From: Ascidiella aspersa
Lineage: Eukaryota
Assembly: GCA_963924565.1 (NCBI GenBank)
Contig: OZ004612.1
Span: forward strand, 12,028,001-12,092,000
Reading direction: 5' to 3'
Length of the DNA stretch: 64,000 nucleotides
Position 1 is the stretch's first letter. The number at the start of each line of letters is the position of its first letter. The notes below the pieces were generated by a model. That model searched no databases. It was not told the origin of the DNA and saw only the letters and a program-made list of their open reading frames with translations. Shown here piece by piece: positions 36,401-48,937 of the stretch. The translations under genes and the position numbers were made by a program.

Positions 36401-39400
36401 TAACGTGCACTATAGGCAGACATACTAAATTACTAAAAAGAACTAAACGCAGATATTACACCAGAAATATGTGAGGGATCCGCTACCACTTGAAAGCATC
36501 AAAAAGGGGCCACCGGAACAAAAAGGTTGAGAACCACTGAATTAGACCGAGAAAATCCAACCCAAGACATGGCTTCTATATGAACCACAAATAACTGGAA
36601 ACAATGTTTTACTTATAGATTAAAACATTGAGCTTTGTAGTGTGTTTTGTAGCCTGTAGATATACCTGGGTAAGCCAGGGCAATTCGTACTGCAACTGCA
36701 ATGTATAAGGAGTGATGATACTTCCGATTCTTGCTGCCATTGACGCTACTCCCATTGCTGTTCCCCTAAAAATGTATATGTGGAATATAAATTACGTTAC
36801 GGGCTGTAAAGATCATATCCCCGTGATTAACGAGTTTTTTAAAATGAAAAACTAAAATGATGGCAAATTTGGGTGTATTCAAATACAAAAAAATACTACG
36901 TAGTTAAAATTCACGTTTTGTAGCTGAGGAGAATCAGTAATGTTTATTACTGTTCGCTCATTGCAATACTTTTATATCAAGTAAACGTTTTAATCTGTAT
37001 ACGTCTTACATATAAAACTACATTAACTTGCCGCCGACTTTCTGCAATGTTTCTGTTGAAATTCTTTACTATGTTATTTACCTTCCGGGAGTTGGAAACA
37101 ACTCCACCGTTTGTTGGTAAACCGCCGCAAAAGTAGCACTTGAACTGAATCGACCAACCATCGCGGTTACAATTCCGGCCTTTTGAAATGCTGAAAAGCG
37201 GAAAAGTTTTAAAATTCACACAAAAAAACACCGACTTAAATAGCCTACCATCATTTCCACTGCTCAACTGTATGCACACGGTAGAAAGAAGACAGGAAAC
37301 GGAAGAGACCGCCAACGTCCCCACTGTAGTCCTTCGTCTGCCCAATATCAACAACATGGGAATGGTCATCAAACAAGCAGTCAACTCCATCACGCCACCT
37401 AACGCGTGGTTGAGGTAAACGCTACCGGAAAGTGCTCCGCTGTTTAATGCCAGGCCGTAGTACACTAAGCTGCAAAATGATAAAAACAACTCGTTGTGAC
37501 AACGTGCATAATTCCTCTTAAGTGGCAAAAGACAATGTCCGCATAGCCTACCTGGTAACACACCATACGAAGCAGTTACACAAGAGCATCAATCTCAAAT
37601 AAGGGAGGCGAAGAAGCTCCTTTGAGGATGATTGAGTTTCCTGGGATACATAAACAGGTCATAACTTAGCAATTTTCCAAACACAGCTCAAAATCACACA
37701 ACATATATCTTTGGAAATAGAAACCAATTTTATTAAAACATATGCTTTTTGTTCTTGATTTGTTTACTTTCGGCAACAATATCCTGGTAGTTACAAAAAA
37801 TAAAGCTTTTTTCACAAATAGGTATTCCTTTTCTTTATGGTTCCCCTAAAAAAATTGGGTTTTGTCTTTACCAAAATAAACCGCTCAAATGCAGGCCTCA
37901 TTGGTCGTGCGACTGTGTGTTCTATTATAATATACCCAAACTTAAGGATACCTGAGCAACGTTTTGCTGGGCTTCTTGGAACAGTGTTTCAGGCAACTCC
38001 CCTTTGTTTCTGCGAGCCATCACCTCACAGATCTTGTGAGCTTCCTTGGACCTACCTTTCGAAATTAGCCACCTGAGCGAACGGATTATTATGAGTAGAT
38101 TATGGGCACAAACAACGCATTTTAGTAGCACTCGACTAATTTTGTATTTGTCAAACATGATTATCCAGTATAGCCTTTTTAAATAGGAAAATTTTATTCG
38201 TCCATAATATAGCTTGGTGAAAACAGATTTATTTTTGCTACTGGTTTTCATCACGAGAATAATAACGACTATAGGGATACTCTCCTAAATCGGTCCTGAA
38301 CCCACACCAGGCGCCAAATAGTTTAGTGTCGGTACTTATCCGATACAAGCGTTGAATCCCTATCATCCGAAATTCCTTTTTAGTGCATTTTATCCAAGAT
38401 TTGCGATTAAACTTAATATTTGATTTTAACTCTGACAAAGAAAACTATTACCTTTTTACTAGTGATGCAAACTTGGCCTGATAACCTAATAAAATTGCGG
38501 TTATCAATGTCGTTATTTTTCACAGTAACGTCGTACTTTTAGTCCAAAATTTTAGATAACGGTATTGAAAAAAAAAATACAACCACGAAAAGTTAAATTT
38601 TATTAAAAAAGTTATACTAATGGTCTAATAAATTGTTTCCTTGTTAAATTAATTTCAATTTATCTTTTTTAATTAGATTATTTACAAAAGTTGAAAACAA
38701 AACAAATCTTTTTCAGGTATTCTTAAGAAAATTACAAAAAAGTTTTATCTTGCATAGCTTAACAAGCTGAAACAGGTTTTACCTCGGAGATTTCGGCAAT
38801 ATGCAGAAGACAATAAAGATAACAGGAATGCTCCATAATGAGAAAACGATTTCCAAATCTCTCCAGTGGCGCCACTTATAGGCCAGTCCTGACATAACCA
38901 CACATCCGAAACCAAATGCCACATTGTAAAGGCAGCCTAGAGTCGGCCGTAGAAACTTCTTGCTGATTTCTGTAACTGTTGAAGCAAATTACATTTTTAC
39001 GTTACTTTTGAATGACACTGTAGTTCCTTTTCTTTTAATAATAAAACAATTGGACAGAAAATCAATTTGGCAATTCGGCGATTGGATAAAAAAAAAGTCT
39101 TTAGGAATTAGTCAGAATATCAAAGCCCATACAGAAGAAAGTATCGTTTTGAACGCTTCGAATACCCCTTTAGCCGTTATTAAACCAACTTATACTCTAT
39201 GGGCTTTTGATATTCCTATACTACGCCTATAACTACAACCTCAAACCATTATGTTCCAATCTTTAAGAATTACTTGTTAAAACAGTTTTATTTTGAGGAT
39301 GTAGATGTCATTTATGTGAAATTCTTAAATATATTTGGCCACATTTTTTCTATTGTTTTTTTGTATGCCTTTCAATATTCGGCATACATTATAAACTACA

Positions 39401-42400
39401 GAAACCGGCGAACTCGTGCTGGATATAAATTTTGTGCCATATTTTAACTTGATTTCTTCTAAACAAGGTAAACACAACATAACAAAATATACAGCATACA
39501 TGTTGACATTATCGTTCTTCAATGAATGACGTCAAAATTGTAATTAATGTCTATAGGACATGTTTATAACCGTGTCTTATCTTCAATGAGCCAACATGTC
39601 GCCCATATAAAATGCCACCCCTTTTAACGCGTTCAACTTAAAAGCTGTAGTTAGCTCACCGCTGCGTTGGCCAAAAGCTTGGTTCCTAATTTTACATCAG
39701 TTTAAAGATCTCGGACTGGTATCTAAATAGAACGTTAAAATTTCAGGTACTTCCTCAAATGAAACTGAGTAGCGAGGTAACTTCAGCGCAATAACGGTTA
39801 TAAAACGATTAAGTTCTCGTCAAAGCGTATTTTTAATCCTAAAAGCCTAACCGGGCGACGTTCGTACTTACTGTAAACGAAGGAAGCGACAGACAACGGC
39901 ATGTAACTGAAGGCAAGCAGAAACCTGAGGGCCAGGAAAACGTAAACGTTCGGCGAAAAGGCCAAGGATAGACTGAAGACGAACCACAGGATTGAAAAGC
40001 CCTGGCAGACACGCACGCGTCCATATCTGCATAAACGGTACAACTTTCTTTAAAATGTTTCTCTGTAATTTTGTCGACTTAGCTGAAATGTCGCCGACCT
40101 GTCTACAGGTCCTTAAAATTGTGAAAGTCAAACCTAATCAACCCTTTAAGTTATAGCGCTAATTAACATGCACAAAGAAGGGACTAAAATCACGCCGTTA
40201 TCTTGATTTCAATATGGCATACAAATACAATGTTTCAAGTAATTTTAGGCTATGATGATTAAGGATATCTGAAATGTCTGCTAAGATGTATGCTGTTTGT
40301 TCTATAGACAAGATGTAATAAACCACGCATAGAATCAGTTTCGTATAAGGCGTAGAGTACCATAACTTGTTTTGCTGGGCAACCAAAGATATTAATGGTA
40401 TATAAGCCTTCATGTGAGTTTGTTAGAGAAACCGTTTTGACCTGTCACTGAGCATTCCACCAACTATGGCTCCAAAGAAAAGGCCGAGATAATAGATTGA
40501 CGATGTTGTGGTCATCAATATTAGCTTGTCGCAAACCAATTCCCACTGAAAACAATAGGGTATATTTAAGCAACTCTGCGCAACTCTGTTTCGTTACATT
40601 CGAAAGAGCTTTATTAATGTTTTATTCAACAATTTGAATATATTTATAAAATAAACGTAAGACATTATCCTATTCAATATCTTTAATTCTAGTTGTTTTT
40701 GTGCAATTTGCGCTAAAACGATATAAGTAAAGGAATTGTAATAGTAAACGTTTAAAAAAATTAAACTTCGCAAAAAACATGCTTTACGAATCACAGATGT
40801 ATTCTATAAAATTTCTGAATAATAATAAACGAAAGTTTTTAAAAATCATTGCAGAAACACCGCAGTAAATTACTATACCTCCGTTGTTATGGTTTCCTCA
40901 AACGTGCTATTGTCGAAGTAGAAGCCGTCCTGGCATGACATCACCTTGGGCACTTTTGTTTCGTTGGCAATCTTTGTCACACAGGCTTCGGTGATGTTAC
41001 TTCCGCAAGAAGTTAGGTCGTATTCGAACCTCTTGCAGCGATCGTAACCCTGGTATTAATGGTTGGCTCGATTTAAGTAACATCGCAGTTATCTTATCTT
41101 ATCCCCTGATCATGTATTGTAAAAAGAGTGTTAATGTTTGCGTTAAATGGTGTAACACAATCAAACTAGGTAAGTTGTTAAGTTTAACGGGAAGATTTTG
41201 ACTTGGTACTGGTATGCTCTCAGGCTGTATATCTAGCATTTTATCATTTGTTTTCGTATTCGCAAAGTATGGTCACCATATTGCTTCATTATATGGCTTT
41301 GTAAGTATTGTGGCACTAAAATTAACATTTGTTTAACGCAATGATTCTAAACCGGGGTGCTATTTTCTAATGCCCCAGGGATACCTCCCAAAACTTATTG
41401 TGTAAGATTAGAGTGGAATGAATCCAATTAAAACGCTGTGTATAGTTGATGTGTGTTGTTCTAGTTTTGTTCATTGTGACATTCTAGTGATTTACCAAGA
41501 CGGAAAAAATTTGCAGGTGTGCCGCAATCTATTTATTTCTGAGGGTTGTCAAACGCCATAAAAGGAGAACCACTGGGTTAACGTAAACGTGGGTGATTTT
41601 TTTTTTCCAAACTACGGAATCATGTCATAGATAGTAATGTATAATTATAATAAACATTTAATGGACTCTAGGTTGTCAGCACTCCGGTGAAACTGCACGT
41701 TGGATGAGAAAAGAGTTTATCTCGAAGTAAAATCCATAATACGCATTTTTGGCTGTTGATTAGTATGCACAACCGAGATCTACTTTGTTTTAGGGCAATG
41801 CGAGTTACATGTTATCCTGTGTTTCGCTGAGAATGTTGTACTTTATTAAATTTCTTTAGCTATTCGTATGTTTTACTGTCAACCATTTCTTGATTTACAC
41901 AGCGAGAGACAGCAGTTCCGCAATTTTGTCATTCGTTGTTTATATATTCAGTATTTTTACCTTAGTATACTTATTGTACGGAATGAAGGTCTTCGTGATA
42001 AAATCTTGGGACAAAGCACTTCCAGAAACGTTGTCAATGGCGTCTATCATGCAACGAGACGGCGGAAGACCGGCTGAAAATTAACCACAATTTTGTTTGA
42101 TGATGCAATAGGTTGCTTTGTCAGTTTATACACCAAGTCCGCCAATGGCAAAGCTTTGACAAAAAAACAATTTAAAAAATTGTAATAGGTTATGAAAATT
42201 AGAAATCACTGTTCCATGACTAATGCCCAATCAACATAAAGTGCTAAACTGAAATATATTTCCAAGAAACCAGAGAGGCCAGTTGTACGATTTCCTAAAA
42301 ATCTAAAGGAGATTTTTAAACCCATTGGAAAATTAATTTATCGTAAACTTCCAATTTTTTTACTATAGATTTCGACGAACAATAAACATACTCCACAATA

Positions 42401-42610
42401 CTCATTCAAATTAGTAGGCCTATATAACACGAAATGAGAAACAATAAACTAGTTGGTACCTAGAAAAACAGATCCGGTGTGCAAGAACGGACTCACAATG
42501 GTACGAAATAGAGTCAAGGCGAGTAGTAAATTTTGGTACCTTCCCGTCCCCGATACCGCTTCCATCAGTTTTTCATAGGAAGAGCTCTTGGCGAAATTGT
42601 TTTTGTCCAT
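33449..42610 (-). CDS. SLC22A: SLC22-family (MFS) organic cation/anion/carnitine transporter, 13 coding exons, 583 aa
   Basis: Minus-strand exons 42610-42460, 42073-41961, 41049-40879, 40545-40442, 40026-39872, 38975-38783, 38072-37952, 37640-37552, 37469-37249, 37190-37082, 36765-36666, 35286-35123, 33509-33449. All are GT-AG and phase compatible, total 1752 nt. Family motifs: GTGRYQ, CQDGFYFD-STFEETITTE-WELVC, GMLSDRYGR, P(K)SPRWL, SLVYYGLALN, GRR, ELFPTPGR, MAARIGSI, FPETNG. The last exon is the least certain. No specific vertebrate orthologue is assigned. Confidence 0.92.
33849..34795. mobile_element. piggyBac-like non-autonomous element in the last SLC22 intron
   Basis: TTAA on both sides; TIRs CACTAGAATTACCG / CGGTAATTCTAGTG; subterminal palindrome CGGTCAAAATGACCG x3; possible transposase remnant on - (FDSKILIQIRWLTEAE..MWTV). 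Confidence 0.85.
36015..36539 (+). mobile_element. hAT Buster/Charlie deletion derivative in an SLC22 intron
   Basis: Perfect TIRs CAGTGGTTCTCAACC / GGTTGAGAACCACTG; perfect TSD AATTAGAC; internal DDMRLALSKTQPHI..MQQQKS resembles a Charlie-type transposase C-terminus. Confidence 0.9.
41339..41575. mobile_element. hAT MITE, same family as 32704-32980
   Basis: Shares TTAGAGTGGAAT and GTTGATGTGTGTTGTT..TTGTGACA.TCTAGTGATT; right end GAGAACCACTG; TSD GTTTAACG/GGTTAACG. Confidence 0.8.
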
Positions 42611-43284
42611 TTTTCAAACTTAGTGTTTGTCGCGCAGTGAATCTTTAATCAAACCCAACTTTACTCTCTGTTAAAAAAATAAAACCATGTTATTGTGTAG
42701 GGAGGTAGGGAAAGACGCACGCCTATTCTATTTGTCTTTATTTTTATTTTTTTATAAACCAGATCCTCTCCAAGTATTATCCATATTAGTTGGCGGCTTT
42801 GAATTAATTGCATTTCCCTAAAAGCAGCTAAATTCTAAAACAAAATATAATTTAAAGTCCCTTATAATTCATAGAACTTTTACCCCGAATCCATACCTCA
42901 CCCCAACCTCGTAACTTTGTGATTTTATATCCATAGATGACGAAACCCCCATATGAAATCTCGAGAATATGCTGGAGTAAACATTAGTAAGTGTCATTGG
43001 ATAGTTAAACATTTTTGTTAGTTTAAAATATCGGCTCATTGAATGAAACGCACTTTTATTTGCAGAATCTTGTGTTAACATCAAATTAGAAACACTTCGT
43101 TTTTATATTTGCAATTAAAGTTTTACGAAAATTCAATATTTTATGCGTTTCACGTAAATGCATTACATTGCTTTATTATGTGTGAAAAATAAGTCGTTAC
43201 AAGTGAAACAACGATCTTGATACAATCGATACAATTGTTATCTACTGACAAAATAAATCACCAGTTATCATACAATAACCTAAA

Positions 43285-43460
43285 TACAATAACCGATTTT
43301 GCTACTCCTTCGTTTCCGCAAAAAGAAGTATGTCTTTCATGCTTCTATTCCAACTTATCCCGTCTATTCTGACTATCTAAGCACGGATATATCTTTCTTT
43401 CTGTTCTCACAGTCTATCTGCTCCACAATTTGAACCACCTTGCTTGGCTGACATCTCATG
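43285..43460 (-). mobile_element. Decayed LINE endonuclease (RTE-like) fragment
   Basis: Broken frames give QPSKVVQIVE..DISVL..SE..TG..KHERHTSFCGNEGVA, resembling the N-terminus of an APE endonuclease domain. Confidence 0.45.
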
Positions 43461-43722
43461 AGTTCAGGCTGAAAGAGGACATGTCTTGAACCTTCAAATA
43501 ATGATGAATTTTCCTTGATGTAGAACCTGTATAGATACCCACAAACTGCACAATAAGCCTCACGATTCCCTCTCAGTTTATGATTAGAAATCCAAAATCT
43601 GCAGATTCTAAATGAAGTCTTGAGCCACCAAGAATGTGACACTAGGGCTATCTGAAAGGAAGCATGTCTATCAGGCATGGCCCATATCTTGATAGCACTA
43701 CCAATCTGGTAACCATAGTAGG

Positions 43723-44103
43723 CAGATTTGGACAACTAGATTTATTTTAGTTTTTTTAAATTAGATTAGAATTAGAATTACCGAATACCTTATATGTGAA
43801 GTTCCAACTAGATTGTACAATAGAATCACATTTAATTATTTACAACTAATTTAACTTAATCTTAATTTATTCTTATAAGAACGTGAATGGGTAATTATGC
43901 GCATGTGCTAGTTTTTATGCCTTTCTATGCTTTTTAGACTGTAAGAATACACACAAGTCGTCCCAACTAAAAAAATATGATTGAGACTAAAAATGCAAGT
44001 AGTATTTTTGGTAAAATCTGAATTAGATTAGAATTAGAATTAGAATTAGCCGCGTTTTGCTCTAATTCAATGAATTAGAAAACTAAAATGATATAGAAGT
44101 CTT
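43723..44103. mobile_element. hAT-like MITE with TTAGAA repeats
   Basis: Starts CAGATTTGGACAACTA; flanked by the 8-bp direct repeat ATAGTAGG (43715-43722, 44104-44111); inverted sister copy near 62.6-63.1 kb. Confidence 0.75.
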
Positions 44104-44249
44104 ATAGTAGGCTATAAATTAATGGTCAGTACTCAAATCGTGATTCAGAGCGTGTTCAATCTTAACGAGCGGAAGGACACGTTTGAACTTGATTTATTTT
44201 CTTCAGTGACACAATCCAGTATATTGAGTGACACAAATCTAGAATATTG

Positions 44250-45550
44250 CGAAGAACGAGCCATGTTTTGTCTGAAAAAGTATTGCCATCCATCTTATGA
44301 ATCACATGGATGAGTGACAACTCATTGCTGTGAAGGTCACAAACAATCCAGACAAGCTTCCCTACAATTTTCCGCTAAATCGGTTGAATGACTTATATTT
44401 CCATCCGGTGTTCGTGTTGGTACTGCCTCCACAATGGCTTTTGAAGCCTGATCTATTTACGCACTCTGAATATGTTTGCAATGTTATCTGTCGTGCATCT
44501 ATGCTTCACGGTGCCATATTTTTTCTGGGGATAATTGCCACAAATACTCCGTTTTAGCTCACTGCTCACTGCAGCTATTTAATGTTTGTGTTTTACTATA
44601 ACAGGGTAAAACTTTTTTGACTGTCCAACTTTTATCAGCACCTTATTGTCAACCCTTATCCCATCAAAAAACAAACAGGTAATTCACCCTTTCTCTTGCA
44701 TATTGTCAAAATCATCTTTAGAACTAGATTATCGACAAGTTTCTCTTGAGCTTTCTTTATTTTATTATGATCTATACCCAGATAAACATCATCAAGTGTT
44801 AAACTACCGTCAATCCAAGCAGCTGTTGCTATATCTGCTTTGTGTGGTATTTTCTAGGTAAGGGACAAATATATCATTCTCTTGATCAACATTTAAATTA
44901 GACATTAGAAAGTCATTAAACTTCGAATCACCTTGACCCCAATAATTAGTCTTCTTTCTCTCTCCTGTACTTTCTCACCTGTTTTCCTCATTAAGGTTTC
45001 TCATCATCTCTCTTTCGATGGCAGCCTTCTCTCTCTTGTTCTCTGAAATATCCTTGCTAGAGACCCTTGCTTAAAGGTGCTTCTATACTGCCATTCTCCT
45101 CTCTCTGAGCTTTGACAAATCCCAGTTCAATTAGGGAATCTTTAGTTCACGCGTGCCAATACAATATATTTGGCCTCTGATTCACTGTCACGATCAGATT
45201 CTTACTCAGGAAAATAGGCCTACTAGTGAGCACTTTTCTGCAAGCAATAAAGTCGAATAACTGGTTCAGTTGTTTGTCAAAACTATCCTCATAAGTGCAA
45301 GGTTTTCTCTCCCAAGAGATATATCGCTTGCCTTTCTCAACTGGCTATCTGTCCCTCAATAACCTTCTTTTGATTTGTATGTCTGGAGCCTTGAACTGAG
45401 CGTCGGCCCATGTGTATTGTGCCAAAACATGTTTGATCATATGACTGGCAATGTCTCTATTTGTGTAAGTTCTACGGTGGTACATTTGTTTACGGGCCTT
45501 CCATCCTACGACACACCCTACTAACCTACCAATAGACACAAGCCTAAAAG
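44250..45550 (-). mobile_element. Highly decayed CR1/L2-like LINE (ORF1 and start of ORF2)
   Basis: Purine-rich minus strand; fragments EKVQERERRLIIGVK (ORF1-like) and GVFVAI (EN-like); many stops. Confidence 0.4.
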
Positions 45551-46303
45551 GGATTTTCCATACTATCGCCAACCCTATGTTCTTTCCAGCTACTCATAAA
45601 TAAGCATGTCTGATTCCAAAAAAGCAATACCATAGATTTAATGTCAGGTTTGGACACCGACTATAAAAGCTCAAGTTAATATCAACAAAAAATTTAATCT
45701 GAGCGGCAACCGATTCTAATCTCAAAACTATAAAATATCTGTAGCATTTGCGCAATAGCCCTATAAAATAAAAATATATCGAATGCTGTTTCGCATTCCT
45801 ATAGTTTAGCATTGTTGCGGGAACACACAATACAAAAGACCTAAAAAGCATCAATACCTAAAGCAGAAATATCTAACGACATAATAAAGGCAAATACACA
45901 GTAATATCTACGACAGAATAATAACTTAATCGTACCAATAAGATATCGACCCCTTCGGAATAAGTCGTAAACTCCTCAGAATAGGGCCTAAATGGCCAAG
46001 ATAACACCTTAAACTGTAATGAAAGGGAACGGGGCGATCAGGGCCACGGGTCTGCCATTGGCCGTTTTGGTTTCTACGTTGGAACGCCCTATTGTGCATT
46101 GCGCCTTTAGGGTGCCGCTGTTTTGGCACCGAATTTGTTGGCCGTGTTGGTGCTATTGATGGGTAATGGGTTAGGGTTGAAATTATTAGTGGAGTTAGTG
46201 GTGTACTTAGGTGTGGGGTTTGAAGTTGGGAAAGTGTTGTAGGGCCCTGATAGTGGCCATCAAATCTTATTTCGACGGGTTTAGGACTTATTACGATTTA
46301 GAC

Positions 46304-47071
46304 CAGGGTGGTCCAAACCCAGGCCCGCGACATCATTGTTCGTGGCGCGTGAAGCAATGTTTAATTATTGCATGCGCACCGTTGAGAGTTGAATCAAAGA
46401 ACTCTAACTGAGCAACGAACAGTAAGCATACTGCAATTGTTTCGGTATGATTTCATTTTTTCGGTTATGCCATTAAATGTAGCAGTTTTCTATTTGTGTT
46501 TTGTTTTCCGTCTTTTTAATATGAACATAACATAAAAAGTACAACCCTATATAAATTACTATTTCTTTGTACTTTGAAGTAAATAAACGATAAGATATAT
46601 CGCGCTGCTAGAAAATATTGTTTTACAGGTTTTCACTGTGAAATTAGGCTAACGCCCTGACCCTTTCCAAGATGCAATTTCAGCTAAATTTATCTGGTTA
46701 AAACCTTTTTGCGCGATAACGTCTTTGTAATATGTTTGCACGGTTTCCGAAAACATTCAACGCTTATAAAATGCTGTCATCTAAATTCAAAGTTATGTGA
46801 AATACGCAAATTGTTGCGCTTCGCACGCACCATTTCCCCAAGTCTCATCACACTCGATTTCATTTGCGCACAAGTTCGACTAAAGTAGCAAGTTTCTGGA
46901 GCTTGTATGTATTTGACGATGCTTTGTGACGTGATTTTAACCATTTCATGCCCCGACCAAACGAAAATCGTTGATTCGCTCCTGGTACGCATGTAACCTA
47001 CTTTATGTGGCCCGCAAAGAACATGTAAGAAATATTGTGGCCCGCGATGCTGTCAACCTTGGACCACCCTG
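46304..47071. mobile_element. hAT MITE nested within another repeat
   Basis: TIRs CAGGGTGGTCCAA / TTGGACCACCCTG; subterminal GGCCCGC; perfect TSD ATTTAGAC. Confidence 0.9.
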
Positions 47072-48630
47072 ATTTAGACGGTATTACGACTATATTAGGC
47101 GTTAGTCCTATTGTGGTCTTATTCCGAATTGTGTCTTATTACGACGTTGATGTTGTTGTTATTTCGGTCTTGTGGTTGGAGTCCATTTTTACAACGTAGT
47201 GTTTTGCCGACCTGCGGATCATGCGACATTAATTAATATAGTTGGATGATGTGGGCAATACGAACCACGAACTATGAGTTGGCCATATGAACTTTTAAAA
47301 ATATTACAGTAAACTACAAACTTTCTGTTCCTCAGTAGCACAAGAAATAAATTGAAACTGATTCAAGGCGAAGTTCAAGAAAAATATACAACCATATACT
47401 CTTGCGTAAATAAGGTATTGCATGACTTAAACTAATATTACGAAATATCCTAGAAGTAAACATTGTTGTTTTTTAATCTAACTATCGACACTTACGCTTT
47501 TACGCTTTTAACGGAAATTAGCGGCGGGATATGGTAGCAGTTAAGTGACTACCAACCAAGAACGGCAATTAAAACACTACTTTTAAAACATAAATAAATA
47601 ATCTTTTAAAAAACATTTTTAAGGTGCACATTTAAGAAGCAAGTACCGGTACTATCCGAAATATCTGCCTCTAGTTCAATATCTCGTTAAACGTTAAATG
47701 GCACGCCAAAAGTTTCAGAGGAAATTATATTACACATATCTTTGTTTCGAGAAACAGTCCACTTAAAAAGAACTATCCAATAAATTCGTTAGTTTGTCTG
47801 GTTACTACTTAATGATCCCGACATCCGAAATTTAATAAAAACACCACTATTAGAACAACAGTAAGCGGCCTTTTGTTATGTTTTCTGTACGCTATAAGTC
47901 TATTATAATGCAACCGCCATTTCTTCACCACGAAAAAGTGCTTTGACTTTAATTAAATGCAAAAACACATCGGAGATTCATGCAACAAAATTTGTCAAAA
48001 AGCAAAAGCATAGAAAACAATATCTTGCAATATACAACCATTTTTATTTTCACTCCAACGAAGTTAAACTAAGAGTTATCTGTATTGCAGCCCTGCCACA
48101 GCAAAAGAAAACAAAAAGTTTGCCGCAATTAGTACGGCTATCCGGCGACCGCAATTTCCGCAGACTGTATGTTGAAACGTTTAACAGAAACTTGCAATTA
48201 ATTAGGTTGCAAAGTTTTGTGAAAGTTTACGTCAAACCATAGAACACACTTAGCCTCATTGTTGGACCTATTTTGCATCAAAAATAAATCAGGGATAGAG
48301 GCCTACATGAAATACTAGAAAGAGAGTCGGCTTTATTAAGTCATACGATAAAGTTTAATGCAATCAAAAATACTTTTGTAGCTGCCTTTGCTGGACTATA
48401 ATGTCCGACAGTAGATTGGCCAAAAAAAAATAAGTTAAAAAGATGAAAAAATATATCTATCATCCATAATACAAGGATAAGTTAATTTCCATAATGCCTT
48501 ATAGTCAACCGACAAAACAAAAGCTGAAAAGAATTATGTAGTCCTACCTGATTTTACCGCCATAACAGTGACATTTAGTTGTTATTAAGTGGAAATCTGC
48601 GGAAGTTACGCTTACAGTGTGGTTTTCAAA

Positions 48631-48937
48631 CAGAGGTCGGCAACGGCCAATATACATCAGGCCCGCGACCTTTTCGCGCTTTACTCGTACCTTATTTGAC
48701 TTTGAGTTGTAGGCTATATGCGTTTTAAGTGAAACGCGCCGTGCAAATACATATAGTCTATAAGTACAAATTATTTTATTTATTGCGTGGAACCCTATAA
48801 AATAGAAGTTTCTTCAATCAAATTGAACTATGATTTTTTTAAAGGTCTGCAATAAGTCCGCCCCTAAGACTACTGGTAATTGCAATAAAAAACTTAAAGC
48901 CTTACAGAGTTTGATGTGCAAAGGTTGCTGAACCCTG
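48631..48937. mobile_element. Degenerate hAT MITE
   Basis: CAGAGGTCGGCAAC ... GGCCCGCG ... GGTTGCTGAACCCTG; no TSD. Confidence 0.55.
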
